From Mytilus edulis (taxonomy: Eukaryota), in assembly GCF_963676685.1 (NCBI RefSeq), contig NC_092355.1:14074001-14138000 (forward strand): a stretch of 64,000 bases of DNA. Reading direction: 5' to 3'. Shown piece by piece: positions 40,101-52,064 of the stretch (positions within the stretch are counted from its first letter, which is position 1; the number at the start of each line of letters is the position of its first letter). Made by a program: the position numbers and the translations under genes. The notes beneath the pieces are model-generated. The model saw nothing but the letters and a program-made list of their open reading frames with translations. It did not search any database and was not told the origin of the DNA.

Positions 40101-43100
40101 ACATAGCGCAGACATGTTGAAGAAAGCGTTTTCAATTCGTTACTGTGGACGCACGTCTATTCTATATATTTTGGTATTGTACAGGAGGATTTTTTGTCAA
40201 CGGATGGAAAGACCGTTATTTTAAATTGTATGCCGACAGCAGTCTTTTATGGTATCATGGAAACGACGATGAGTACCACAAGGGTGGTATAAGGCTAAAG
40301 GTAATCTTGTTTCACTAGTGTATGGGTATCATTTTCCAATTATGTAACACCACATACAGTTGTGTATATGTATTCAAACTTATCACACATTTGTATAACT
40401 TATTTATACTTTTTATAAAATTATATTCTTAAAGGACACTTGTACATTATCAATAGAAGGGATACATTTTGTATAGTCATAAGAAGATGTGGTAAGAAAG
40501 CCAATGCGAAGTTATAATATGTAAAATTTTACCATTCTTATAATCGCGTATGAATTGCATAGACAACCGACAACCACTGATCAATAGGTTTCAAAAATTT
40601 ATATATGTACGTGTTAATTTAAAAACTAGGAGTATACCTTTTTTCATAAAAGGTTAACCAGGAATAAACTGAAAATCCAAGAGGATACATTGAACTGTAT
40701 ATGATAAACGGAAAGAAATCCCAGTCTCTCCTTATTTATTTGTTTTCATATACATACAAAACATTCAGACAAAGCACTGTTCAGTAGCCACATTATATAT
40801 GTTCCAGATCATATGAAATTAAATTAGATTGCCTGAGGGATTTTGAATTTGACTTTTTTGAACATTTCAAAATTCATAAATGAAGTCTTTTAGAAAGGAA
40901 TATAATTTAAATTCAAATGACTACCTAAAAGCAGGCTTGAATGATTAAACCATCGAAGATAAACAGTCCAACAAAGCAATATCGACCTAATACTATCAAT
41001 TTAGAAATTATTGCTTGATTTTATCACTTAAAAAATATAAAGCAACAAGTTGAATATAATAAAAAAAAATAAGAACTCGCATCTGATATCCGAGTAATAT
41101 ATTTGTAATGTATTTTTTGTTAAAATCGCGCATTTATGTAAACAAAAAATGAAAAATAGCTATATTTATGGATTATTGGAAAAAAAAAACTAAATTAGCT
41201 TTGATAATTTTTACAGATGGTTGCAAATTTCATTGCAGTTGGACCAATGTGCCTTCATACGGTATGTTTCCCAAAGCTACCAAAAGGCAGACATGTTATA
41301 CATTTGATGGGTGTTCCTGATATCTTCAAAAAGAACACTAAAAGAAGAAACATTAAAATGAACTGGATTTTGTTCCCAATGGATGACGGAAATATGCAGT
41401 ACGTAATTACAGCACTTATGATACAGTTAGGGTCAGTTTTGAACTCTCTTAACATCTGTGTTCGTGGACATCCTCGAACTGTTTGTCACTATGACTCCAA
41501 GTGCATAACTAAACATTATTACTAGAGGAACTTAATTATATAGAATTAACACCGGAATGCAATGTTGTACGTGATTTACGGGGAAATCAACGGTATCAAT
41601 TTATCTGCCGAATATGCGCATTTTGACATGTCTCTCCAGTAATGTTCTAGATTAACTCATTTGAAAGCTATTCACCAAAAACACTGAGCTGTGTATGGGG
41701 GCGATATATTCCTTAATTTAAAATAAGTTCATAATTTATATTGTGTAATTTATATTTTTATTTTATTTGTATTGTAAAAGCAAACACTTAATCTTTCTGT
41801 TTATGCCAGTAATAGCTTTTGCTTTAAAGAGGCATTCGCTGTCAAACCCATTTCACCGCTTTCAATCAAAATAAAACAAAAGGCAGACATGTCATACATT
41901 TGATGGGTGTTCCTGATATCTTCAAAAAGGGGACTAAAAGAAGAAACCTTAAAATGAACTGGATTTTGTTCCCAACGGATGAGGGAGATATGCAGTACGT
42001 AATTACAACACATATGATAGAGTTGGGTTCAGTTTTAAACTCTCTTAAAATATGTGTTCGTGGACATCTTTAAACTGTGTGTTATGACTCCAAGTACATA
42101 ACTAAACATGATTTCTAGAGGAACTTAATTATATAGAGTTAACACCAAAATGCAATATTGTACGTGATTTACGGGAAAATCAACGGTATCAATTTTTCTA
42201 CCGAATATGCTCATTTTGACATGTCTCTTCGGTAATGTTCGAGGTTAACTCATTTGAAAGCTAAAGAAAAAAACCACCAAGATATTATTGCCATATCCGG
42301 GCGAGAAATCAGAGCTGTTCATGAAGGCGATATATTCTGTAATTTAAAATAAGAACATATATTGTGTAATTATATTTTCATTTTATTTATATTGTATAAG
42401 CAAACACTTAATCTCTCTGTGTATGCAAGTGATAGCTTTTGCTTTAAAGATGCATTCGCTGTCAAACCCATTTCACCGCTTTCAATCAAATTAAAATATC
42501 AAAATGTATTTCCAAATTACAAATTATTTTCATTCATTAATAATTGCAGGGCATGGCTTCAGGCTATTAAACCAACGGTAGGTACAATAAAATTCTCATT
42601 TGATATGTGTAGCGAAAAGCTGTACCTCTCGCACTTTAATTCACTTATTTTAAAAATGAACATCAAATTGACTTTCTTATTTCATACATTTTTACAACTC
42701 TTATATAAAATAAACTTATAACTGGTCTACTGCTTATCTTATTTTACCTGAATGCTTGTATCACAGGTCGTGTAAAATAATACAGCGAAGATGAACTGCA
42801 AACTTTGCAACTTATATGTCAATCAAACAATAACAAATTTGTGATTTTAAATGTCATTAACTCCAGAAGTAAAGGACGGTAGAGGTTGGTGAAATAATGT
42901 ATATTAAGACAAATCTTTACATAATCAGATGACAAATAGAGCTGTCTAGATATAGGCATATATATTAAAGTTGCTGCTGACGTTTTTCATGTTTTGAAAA
43001 CATTTTTCAATTTCACATTTAACTACATTTACGTCATATTAGGGGAAATACATCAATAATGAGTTTATTTAAATGATATATATATAGTTGAAAAAGTTGC

Positions 43101-46100
43101 CTTTTCGCCTTTGACCTTGACCTTGTATTTTTGTAGCTGCCTTCTCCTCCTGCAAGACCAGAGCACCCTCACCTCACTGAATCAAGTAATGGTGACCAGA
43201 TTAGCTTATACCCAATACGGTGTAAGTATGAATAGTTAAATACGTTACATTAACTACAAATAGAAGTATTTAAAAAATTGAAAGACCGTTCTCGTAATGC
43301 ATGCATAAAAAAATGCATGAATAGCAAATTTACATGACACATCCACAAGACAATGGTAAATACATAATGAATATGTTGGAGTTAGTAGAAGACTGCATGT
43401 ATTCGTTCTCTAATGGCAAGCAAAGTTTCTGACATACAGACGTTAGCTTTTTATGACTACAAACGATTTATGTTATTTAATACATAGTAGATTATCAAGG
43501 GCCTTATACATTGCAAACCCTCAAACATCCCGATTCGACGATTCCAATTCAGATCAAGAGACGATGTAATCACACACGTTAAATTGCCAAATCAATAACA
43601 AATATCATCACAAAAATGATCCAAAGACAATGAAATAGGTTTCAAACAAAATCTTAGTCATTCCTGATGTAGTGTACAAGGTCCATGAGAATCTACTCTT
43701 CATTAATTATCCTAAATCGTTTGCTAACAGTTACTGACATGCCAGGTCTATACCTCAATTAAGCTGATTGAAAGAATCCGTCTTCAAGTATTTATGATTG
43801 ACTATCAGATCGATGTGATTTGTGGCGAAATAAAAATATATGTGAAACCATTTTACTTGTTTGGCTTGTTCTATAATGCTTCTTCTATAAGACCCATCGG
43901 TGACTTTTGTCCGTTGTCTGTTCTTTGATCGGGTTGGAATCTCTTTGACAAATTCTCCTTTATCCTTTTCTGATTTAAATCAGATTTGTTTAACATAAGT
44001 GTATTATATAACAATTTACAGATCAAGTGTGTGCGTTTTGTTCTGTGTTACTCATTTTTTGTGAAGTTGGACTTTTATTTTTTATGAGAAACACTTCTCT
44101 TTCCGATTGTATAACTTTTTCCATACAACAAATATGTATTTCTTTTCACTTCGGTCATCTTGTAACAATTAAGCACTGTGTGCACATTATTGAATAAAGG
44201 CAACAGTAGTATATAAGTGTTCACAAGTCATAAATCGACTACAAAACATCCGGGTTTTCAACTTTTTTTCAGTTTTGAATTAATCTATATAAATTTCAGA
44301 CCAACCTGAATGTCAACATATAAACACTAGAGACGAAACAACCTATTCAGGCATTCAAAGAGGTAAGGTAATATATAAAAATAAAATATAGTAATATGAG
44401 ATGGCCTTTCAATAGATTATAATAGGTGAATGTGTTGTTCATGTTATTCATGACTTAAAACTTTCAATAATTTTGATATCTAAACGAGCTTCGACTTCGT
44501 AATTTATTTTGCTTTTTAAACTTTTTTTCGATTAAATATTGTTGTGATCCTGGTATTATTTATCAGTTTGTTTTAATGTTAAGTCCTAAAACATGATATA
44601 TCACTGCTGGTATTGCTTCATTTATCATATTCTTTACTTCCATTACGATTTATTGCTCTAGAAAGTTTTCGTACCTTACACATGCCGTGTGTAGTATACC
44701 ACCTTCTTTATTTTCATTACGGTGTATTGCTCCAGAAATGTTTCGTACCTTACACATGCCGAGTTCAATATAACACCTTCTTTATTTCCATTACGATGTG
44801 GTTGTATACGGTTCAGGGTAATCTTCTTTCTTTTTTGTGGTTTGTTTTGTATTTGCGACTTTTTGTATTTCTTTTGTTCTTATAACGTGACTCTGTACTT
44901 TAAAAGATCCCGTCAATATGATATTTTCTATTATATGTCATTATGATATATTTCTATTATGAATTACAATATACGTTGAACCACAAACGTCAAAATCATT
45001 CAATCGCGTAGTGGAATTAACTATTTTTGGATTCTTATAAATTCTATATATAACTTTTGGACTAATTTAAATCTCGGTCTATTTCTTAAATTTATTCTTA
45101 CATACTTTTGTTTTTTAACCCTGTATGCTAACATTCCCATGAAAATTTTTAAATTGTTTGTACGCACATTAAACGACAAATTTATGTGACGTATAAAATT
45201 TTCTGACGTCAGACACTCAAATCAATAAATGTGTTCGTAGATAGTAGATGTTTTTGTGTTCTGTTAAATTGTTCCTTTTAAAATTGTTAAACGATGATGA
45301 CTGATGTACCCATATTTTGACTATTTTATTTATTGTGTCTGTTTATTTAACGCATCAATGTAAAAATATCGGAAATTGATGGGACTGTCATTAAAATGAG
45401 AGGGCTAGCGCTACAGAACCAGGTTTAATCCACCATTTTCTACATTTGAAAATGCCTTTACCAAGTCAGGAATATGACAGTTCTTGTCCATTCGTTTTTG
45501 ATGCGTTTTGTTATTTGAATTTGCCATGTGATTATGGACTTTCCCAATTGATCTTCCTCTAAGTTCAGTATTTTTGTGATTTTACTTTTCACTAGTGTAT
45601 GGATATCATTTTCCAATTGTGGAACACCACATACAGTTTTGTATATGTATTCAAACTTATCTCACAATTGTAAAACTTATTTAAACTCATCAATTAAGAT
45701 TATGAAAGGACACGTCTATATAGTATTAACAAAAGGGATAAATTTTAAATAGTCATAAGAAGATGTGATAAGAAAGCCAATGCGACAACTCTTAATCGAA
45801 GTCATAATATGTAAAATTTTACCATTATTATTATCACTTATGAACCACATCGACAAACGACAACCCCTGATCAACAGGTTTCTAAAATCTATATATGTAC
45901 ATGTAAATTTAAAATCTAGGAGTTAATCTTTTTACAAATTATTATCTGAAATATAACAAATATATTTTTTTCAATTAAGGCGAATATACTGTTACCATCG
46001 AAGAGTGACAGCCCATCATCAGCGGTATCGACCTCATACTGGAGTTTATAATCTATTGCTAGATTTTTATCTATTCAAAAAATTAGAATGCAACTCGTAA

Positions 46101-47726
46101 ATATCGTTATAACACGAAACCGCATTTGACATCCGATCAATATATCTGTGTGAAGTTTTCCTGTAATTGCAATGATGAATCATTAATTTTTGAATTAATT
46201 TTTTTAAATCGATATTTTTCCTGATATCTAAAAAAATCTTATATTATCTTTGTTTTTTTTAACATGATATATCACTTCTGGTTTTGCTTCATTTAACATA
46301 TTCTTTACTTCCATTACGATGTATTGCTCCAGAAAGGTTTCGTACCTTACACATGCCGTGTGTAGTATAACACCTTCTTTATTTCCATTACGGTGTATTG
46401 CTTCAGAAATGTTTCGTACCTTACACTTACCGTGTGTTTTATAACACCTTCTTTATTTCCATTACGATGTATTGCTCCAGAAATGTTTCGTATCGTACAC
46501 CTGCCGTGTGTAGTATAACACCTTTTTTACTTACATAACGATGTATTGATCCAGAAATGTTTCGTACCTTACAATGTTGTTTGCAATATAACACTTTTTT
46601 TATTTCCATTACGTTGTATTGCTCCAGAAATTTTTCGTACCTTACACATGCCGAGTTCAATACAACACCTTCTTTATTTCCATTACAATGTATTACCCCA
46701 AAAATGTTACGTACCTTACCAATGTTGTGTCCAATATAACACCTTTTTTATTTCCATTACGTTGTATTGCTCAAGAAATGTTTCGTACCTTACACATGCC
46801 GGGTGCACTATAACACCTTCTTTATTTCCATCAGGATGTATTGCTTTAGAAATGTTTCGTACCTTACCCATGCTGTGTGCAATATAAAGGTAATGTGAGG
46901 CGTGATTTAAAGAGTTTCTGGGCAATAAAAGTATATGGTTTCTAACGATTTCTTGTGCAGAAAGGCACCAAGAAGTAGATTTAGTTAAAGTGTTGCTGAA
47001 AACTATTAATACCTATACCAGATGGTAAAACAGAATGATTCGAAAGAAAATTCTATTATCATTCTTCACAGTACAAAAACAAATCGTTTTTCTAATGAAT
47101 TTGTCCATCAAAAGAACTGAAGTATATCCAATTTATCAAATATAAAGTACATATATATGTACACAGTCTTTACAAACGATGTTGTTTTAATATGCTTTTT
47201 AGGTGTTATACTGGGAGGAGGAGCTTTACCTTATGGTATTGGTGCTTATGGGCCTGGTATGGGATGGAGATGGGGATGGGGATGGGGACCAAATCCCTAT
47301 GGTGGATTTTGGGGAAGTTGGAACGACTTTGGTGACTGCGGAAGTGTGAACATCGATCGCATTGTCGACGATTTGTGTAAACAAAACAACAATTACGGCT
47401 ATGATATAAAAGATATTAGGGAGTTTGAAAGAGTAAACTTTAGTAACACCACTAACGGTGGCGGTGATGGTTGTGGTGGTGATGAATGCTCATGCAATGA
47501 TTGCTTGGATAATTGCTGTAAATGTGATATCTCTGGCGACGATTGCTGTGGAGATAATTGCTGTAAAGATGATTGCTGTTGTGATTGTTGCTTTAAAGAT
47601 GATTTCTGTGGAAAGGATTGCTGTGGAAAGGATTGCTGTGGAGAGGATTGCTGTGGTGATGGAGGCGGAGTTGGTGGTGCAGGTACTGTAGAATACACCG
47701 GCGGAGATTGTGGTTGTGGGTGTTAA
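37158..47726 (+). CDS. PH-domain protein, evectin/PLEKHB-like, paralog 2 (360 aa, Cys/Asp-rich metallothionein-like tail)
   Basis: Eight GT-AG exons join in frame (1083 nt): 37158-37194, 38884-38931, 40185-40300, 41217-41398, 42550-42577, 43137-43221, 44300-44362, 47203-47726. Phases match paralog 1, and exons 1-5 and 7 have identical lengths. Exon 4 is identical at 46 of 60 aa. Protein: MECCDLDPIRIKEPTSRVVKTGYLTIYERGFFVNGWKDRYFKLY...QAWLQAIKPTLPSPPARP...GVILGGGALPYG...CCGKDCCGEDCC...DCGCGC. Confidence 0.9.
37849..37964. mobile_element. Short internally deleted Kolobok-like element
   Basis: TTAA|ggaggctcgagggt ... acccgcgagccccc|TTAC, an imperfect 14-bp TIR. Confidence 0.55.
41878..41998 (+). 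pseudogene. Truncated, frameshifted duplicate of exon 4 within a ~600-bp tandem duplication
   Basis: About 41282-41875 is repeated at about 41878-42495. The copy lacks the acceptor and 5' part of exon 4 and has a 1-nt deletion after PDIFK. Confidence 0.85.
43460..43723. mobile_element. MITE with ~55-bp imperfect TIRs in intron 6 of paralog 2
   Basis: caaacgatttatg...agtagattatcaagggccttataca pairs with tgtacaaggtccatgagaatctact...taaatcgtttg. Confidence 0.6.
46300..46885. repeat. 74-bp minisatellite, about 8 copies (about 2 more at 44625-44780)
   Basis: Unit ataacaccttctttatttccattacgatgtattgctccagaaatgtttcgtaccttacacatgccgtgtgtagt; period 46441 to 46515. Confidence 0.9.
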
Positions 47727-50700
47727 GATTTTGAATTAAAGTCGTGTTTTATCAACTGTGAGATAAAAGTTGTAATATAGAATATTGGACAAAATGTAAT
47801 AGAATATGTCCTTTGTATGTATGATTACAAAATTGATTTGAACATTAGAAATGTTACTGTATCATGTGTATGATAATCTATTTTTCTTATCTTGTCTGTA
47901 GGTATCAAGGGTACCAGATTTGTAATTTTATACGCCAGTCGCGCGTTTCGTCTAAATAAGATACATCAGTGACCCTCAGATTGAAAAAGTTATAAAGCCA
48001 AACATGTACAAAGTTCAAGAGCATTGAAAACAAAAATTTCAAATAGTTGTCCAAACGACTGAGGTAATCTTACTTGGATAAGAAAATCCTTAGTATTTCG
48101 AAACATTCATACGTTTGTAAACAAGAAAATTATAAAATGACCACATAATTAATATATCCATGTCAACACCGAAGTGCTGACAACTGGACTGGTGATACCT
48201 TCGGGGACGAAACATCTATTTTATGTTTCTCTTATCAGCTTTCAAATTGAAGACAACTATGCAACAAACTCTTTAGTCGTCAGTATCAAAGTGAATTACT
48301 CATTCAATTTTAGCAGATGAGAGATCTAAAACTTAAGTATTTGTATAAATCAAAAATACACGTTGTTTTAATCAAGTGTATATGTAATCTATCATACACA
48401 CCTTCTTTATTTATCTGTGATGGAATGATTATATGTATTGTCTTCTTTTTGTGCATGTTAAGTATGTACTTAGGTGAAATTTGAAAACAAATCCAGAAAT
48501 TAAAACTACAAGCGGAAAGAGCATTAGTTTAGGAACAACATAAGCTAAAAATATTGATAGGTCATCATGGTCATGGAGATCCTTTTTGAGATATTTCAGA
48601 TTTAAGAAATGACGGGAAAACTTTAAAGGCTGACACGGACTTTTACCTTACATTTGCATTGGCACTATTTTTTATATGGCTATCAATTGAGACGTGTGCT
48701 TTCATTATTTGCCAGCTTATTACATTCTCAAAAGAAACTTGGTCGAACATCTCCGTGGCATTTTTTTCGAGTTGATTTTAGCTTACCACACTACCAAACC
48801 ATTACCTAAAATTTAATATAAAAAAAATCTACGGTGTGAAGGTTTTTTTTTAAAATGTATTATTTATTATTAATTATTGACTCCCAAATCATGACTTCAA
48901 TGTTTTAAAACTCAATTAACATGTATAAAAGATGTGAGGAATAAAAGATGTGGTATGAGTGCCAATGAAACAACTGACCATCCGAGTCATAATTTGTAAA
49001 AGTAAACCATTATAAGTCATATATAAAAAAAAAAAGAAGCTGTGGAAGGATTGCCAATGACACAAATCTCAACAATTGACCAAATGGCACAGAAATTAAC
49101 AACTATAGGTCACCGTACGGCCTTCAACAATAAGAAAAGCTCATACCGAATAGTCAGCTATAAAATGTCTCGAAATGACAAATGAAGAACAATTTAAATG
49201 AGATACTAACGATCTAATTTATTTACAAAAACTAAACGAAAAATAAATAAGTAACATATCAACAAACGACAACCATGGAATTACAGGTTTTTGACTTACA
49301 TGACTTGGCGGGGTTAAATATGTGTAGTGGCAATAGGACATATATATAGAAATACAGCCGTTCAAGATTACCATTTAATAACATAATTTATTACTTCCGC
49401 CCACGCCGACGTCATTGACGTTCCGACGTAGACAAACAAAAGTACATTAACATAGGAACGTATTTCGTGCTATATTCACGACAACATGTTAGCGGAATTC
49501 CAACCTTAAACAGTGGTGTAACAGTACAACATAAGAACGAACTATCAAAATCAGTTAAAAAGTGTTCACTCATCAGATAGATACAAATAGAAATACATCT
49601 AACATAAAACACAGAGAGAGGCCTGTTACAGTTATTGCATTTGAATTCTAATTTTGAATGGGTACATCAATATTTCTATTGTATGTTATATAGTTAGCAT
49701 TTTTTGTAAAAACATTGGGAAGGGAGCTGTTAAGCGTCAGATGAATCGATTTCATATCAAAGCACATTTCTGCACACACACAAATAGAAAAAATATTTCA
49801 CATACCATTTTCAGTCGTATACAATGCTAAACGGAATATCAAGTTAAATTGTCCATTTTTGTAAAAATTGATGACCTCTTGATAAAACCCCACATTTCTA
49901 CAGACACACAAATATAACAAAATCATTTCATATACCTTTGTGTTGGACTGTTGACTAAAATCATCGAAGCAAACACATTGGATTGTAGGTATTGCTATTT
50001 TGAAGTATGATTTTTCAAATCCTATTTATAGTGTTTTCTTGCTAAACTTTAAATAATATATCTGCCGTTTATTCTTGTTTGGAAAATATTGATACTTAAA
50101 TATAGTTTTTTTTTAGTTTATAGTCAATTTTGCAATAGCCTGTTATTTTTTCGGTTTGTAAGCTGTTATCATTTTGCTTTCAAATTAATTATCAACAATA
50201 TTATAAAAGAAAAGGAAAAAGGAATTGTCCCATTTGCAATAGTATGAAAAATAACTTGCCAGGTGACATGTATTCTTACACATGTTTACATTGTTTTCTT
50301 TTCAAGAAATTAACCACTTGTTGATCACATGGGCAACCTTTTCCAATAAAAGTTAAATAAAAGTTGCAGGATTACATATTAAGATGAGTTAAACTATTGA
50401 CTTGCAAGTCAATAATACATCAATCATATTTTTTCAAGTTCATGTGACGAAATTCAACTAAAGTGTCATAATAATAGCACTAATTTATTACCATATTCCT
50501 CTAATCTGAATATTGAAACACAAACAAAACATAACGTGTTACTTCGTAGCTGTGTTCCTATATAATTATCATTTTTGTAAGATAAAAGAACAAATGAACA
50601 CAAATAATAAAATTGTTATTTAAAACGAGAATTTTTACATCTTGACGATTTCACTCCACTAGTGCACAATTGTATGTAAAGGCTAGCACCTCATGGTACG

Positions 50701-50758
50701 GGAATTTCTCGATGCGTTGAAGATCCATTGGTATCCCTCGGCTGTTGTCTGCTCGTGG

Positions 50759-52064
50759 CAGACTTGGGGTCAATTACATTGGAATGTAATTAATTAAATT
50801 ACACATGACATTGCAAAACTGATCAATTACACTAATTACACATTACACAGTTTTTGATTTGTAAATAATTAAACTACAATTACTTTAATAAAGTAATTAA
50901 TTAAATTACACATTATTATCATTACATTTTATCATGATATTTTTTAACAATATTATATATGTATATAAATGCATGTGTAAAATATTCATGTAAGCATAGT
51001 TTAAGTGTTGCAATTGATAATCATTACTTATTTTAATGTTTTGTCATTTAGTCTGAATCTCTCTTGTCTGAACACTTTGACAGCAATTCCAAAAGTTTTC
51101 GACAGGAGCTAATGTCACAGATATTGCTTGATCAGAACATGGAAGTTCCATGATCAAAAGATCATCATATTGATAGGAGAGGGAAATTGTTCCTATTAAC
51201 TTGCCAATACATTAATTAAGGGGTATTTTGACATCTCAGAAATGAAGTCATTTAAATTAATCATAATTAAATAAATAAATTATAAATATTTTTTTTTTTT
51301 TTTTACTTTAAAAATAAAAAAAAGTGTGCTTGTCACAATAATGAAAATATTTTTTAGTACAAACAATGTATAAAATGTCTAAATATTAGCAATATTTTGC
51401 TTATTATATAAAATACATGTAATAGTGGCATTACCCCTGGACATTTTAATCTGATTAATTGCTGTTTGTTTTTACAGCTGTTAATTTTTATTTCTATAAT
51501 CCTTTTGTGTATAGTAATTTAACAAAATAATTGTGTGCAGTGATTTTAAATTCTAAATGAACTGTCTAAGAAAGATTTTTCACAGTGACACTTTTTTTTT
51601 GGTTTTTGTTTAACAAGGTGATTAATTACTTCTCAATCTATTTAGTTAAAAGATCTTTCTTAAAAAACTGTACACTAATATATGATCCTCACATTTTTTT
51701 TAAATTATAAAACTATTAAAAAAACAAATCTGCAGGTCAAATAAATAATTTACCAACATCAGAATAAATTACAGACTTCATATATTAAAAGAGTATGTGA
51801 TATCAATATTTGAAAAATAAATATAATTTTACAGTTTATATTAATTTATTAAACACAAATCTTTATCTTGACACCATAAAAGTACATGTAATTCAAATGT
51901 AATTCAAAAGTAATTGAGCATTACATGCTTTTTTCAATGAAATTAATTAAATTACCATTACATGTAATTAAAAAAATCCTCAATTACACATTACATTCAA
52001 TTACATGGCAAATTGTAATGCATTACACTTAATTACCATTACATTTTCAATTACCCCATTCCTG
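50759..52064. mobile_element. Non-autonomous hAT-like element
   Basis: Termini CAGacttGGGGTcAATT and AATTACCCCattcCTG. An 8-bp TSD gctcgtgg/gctcgtgc flanks it, and subterminal aattac repeats are dense. It splits a family-D repeat. Confidence 0.8.

Noticed and set aside
44613-46925. Several 60-113 aa Cys/Tyr-rich ORFs
   Set aside because: Generated by the 74-bp minisatellite, whose unit is not a multiple of 3; they are intronic.
47399-47698. Minus-strand PQQS-repeat ORF and the IAVE-repeat frame
   Set aside because: Antisense and alternative frames of the Cys-rich exon.
47715-47726. C-terminal CGC as a CXC geranylgeranylation signal
   Set aside because: RabGGTase needs REP recognition of a Rab fold, and the ending is not conserved in paralog 1 (CGGD) or paralog 3.
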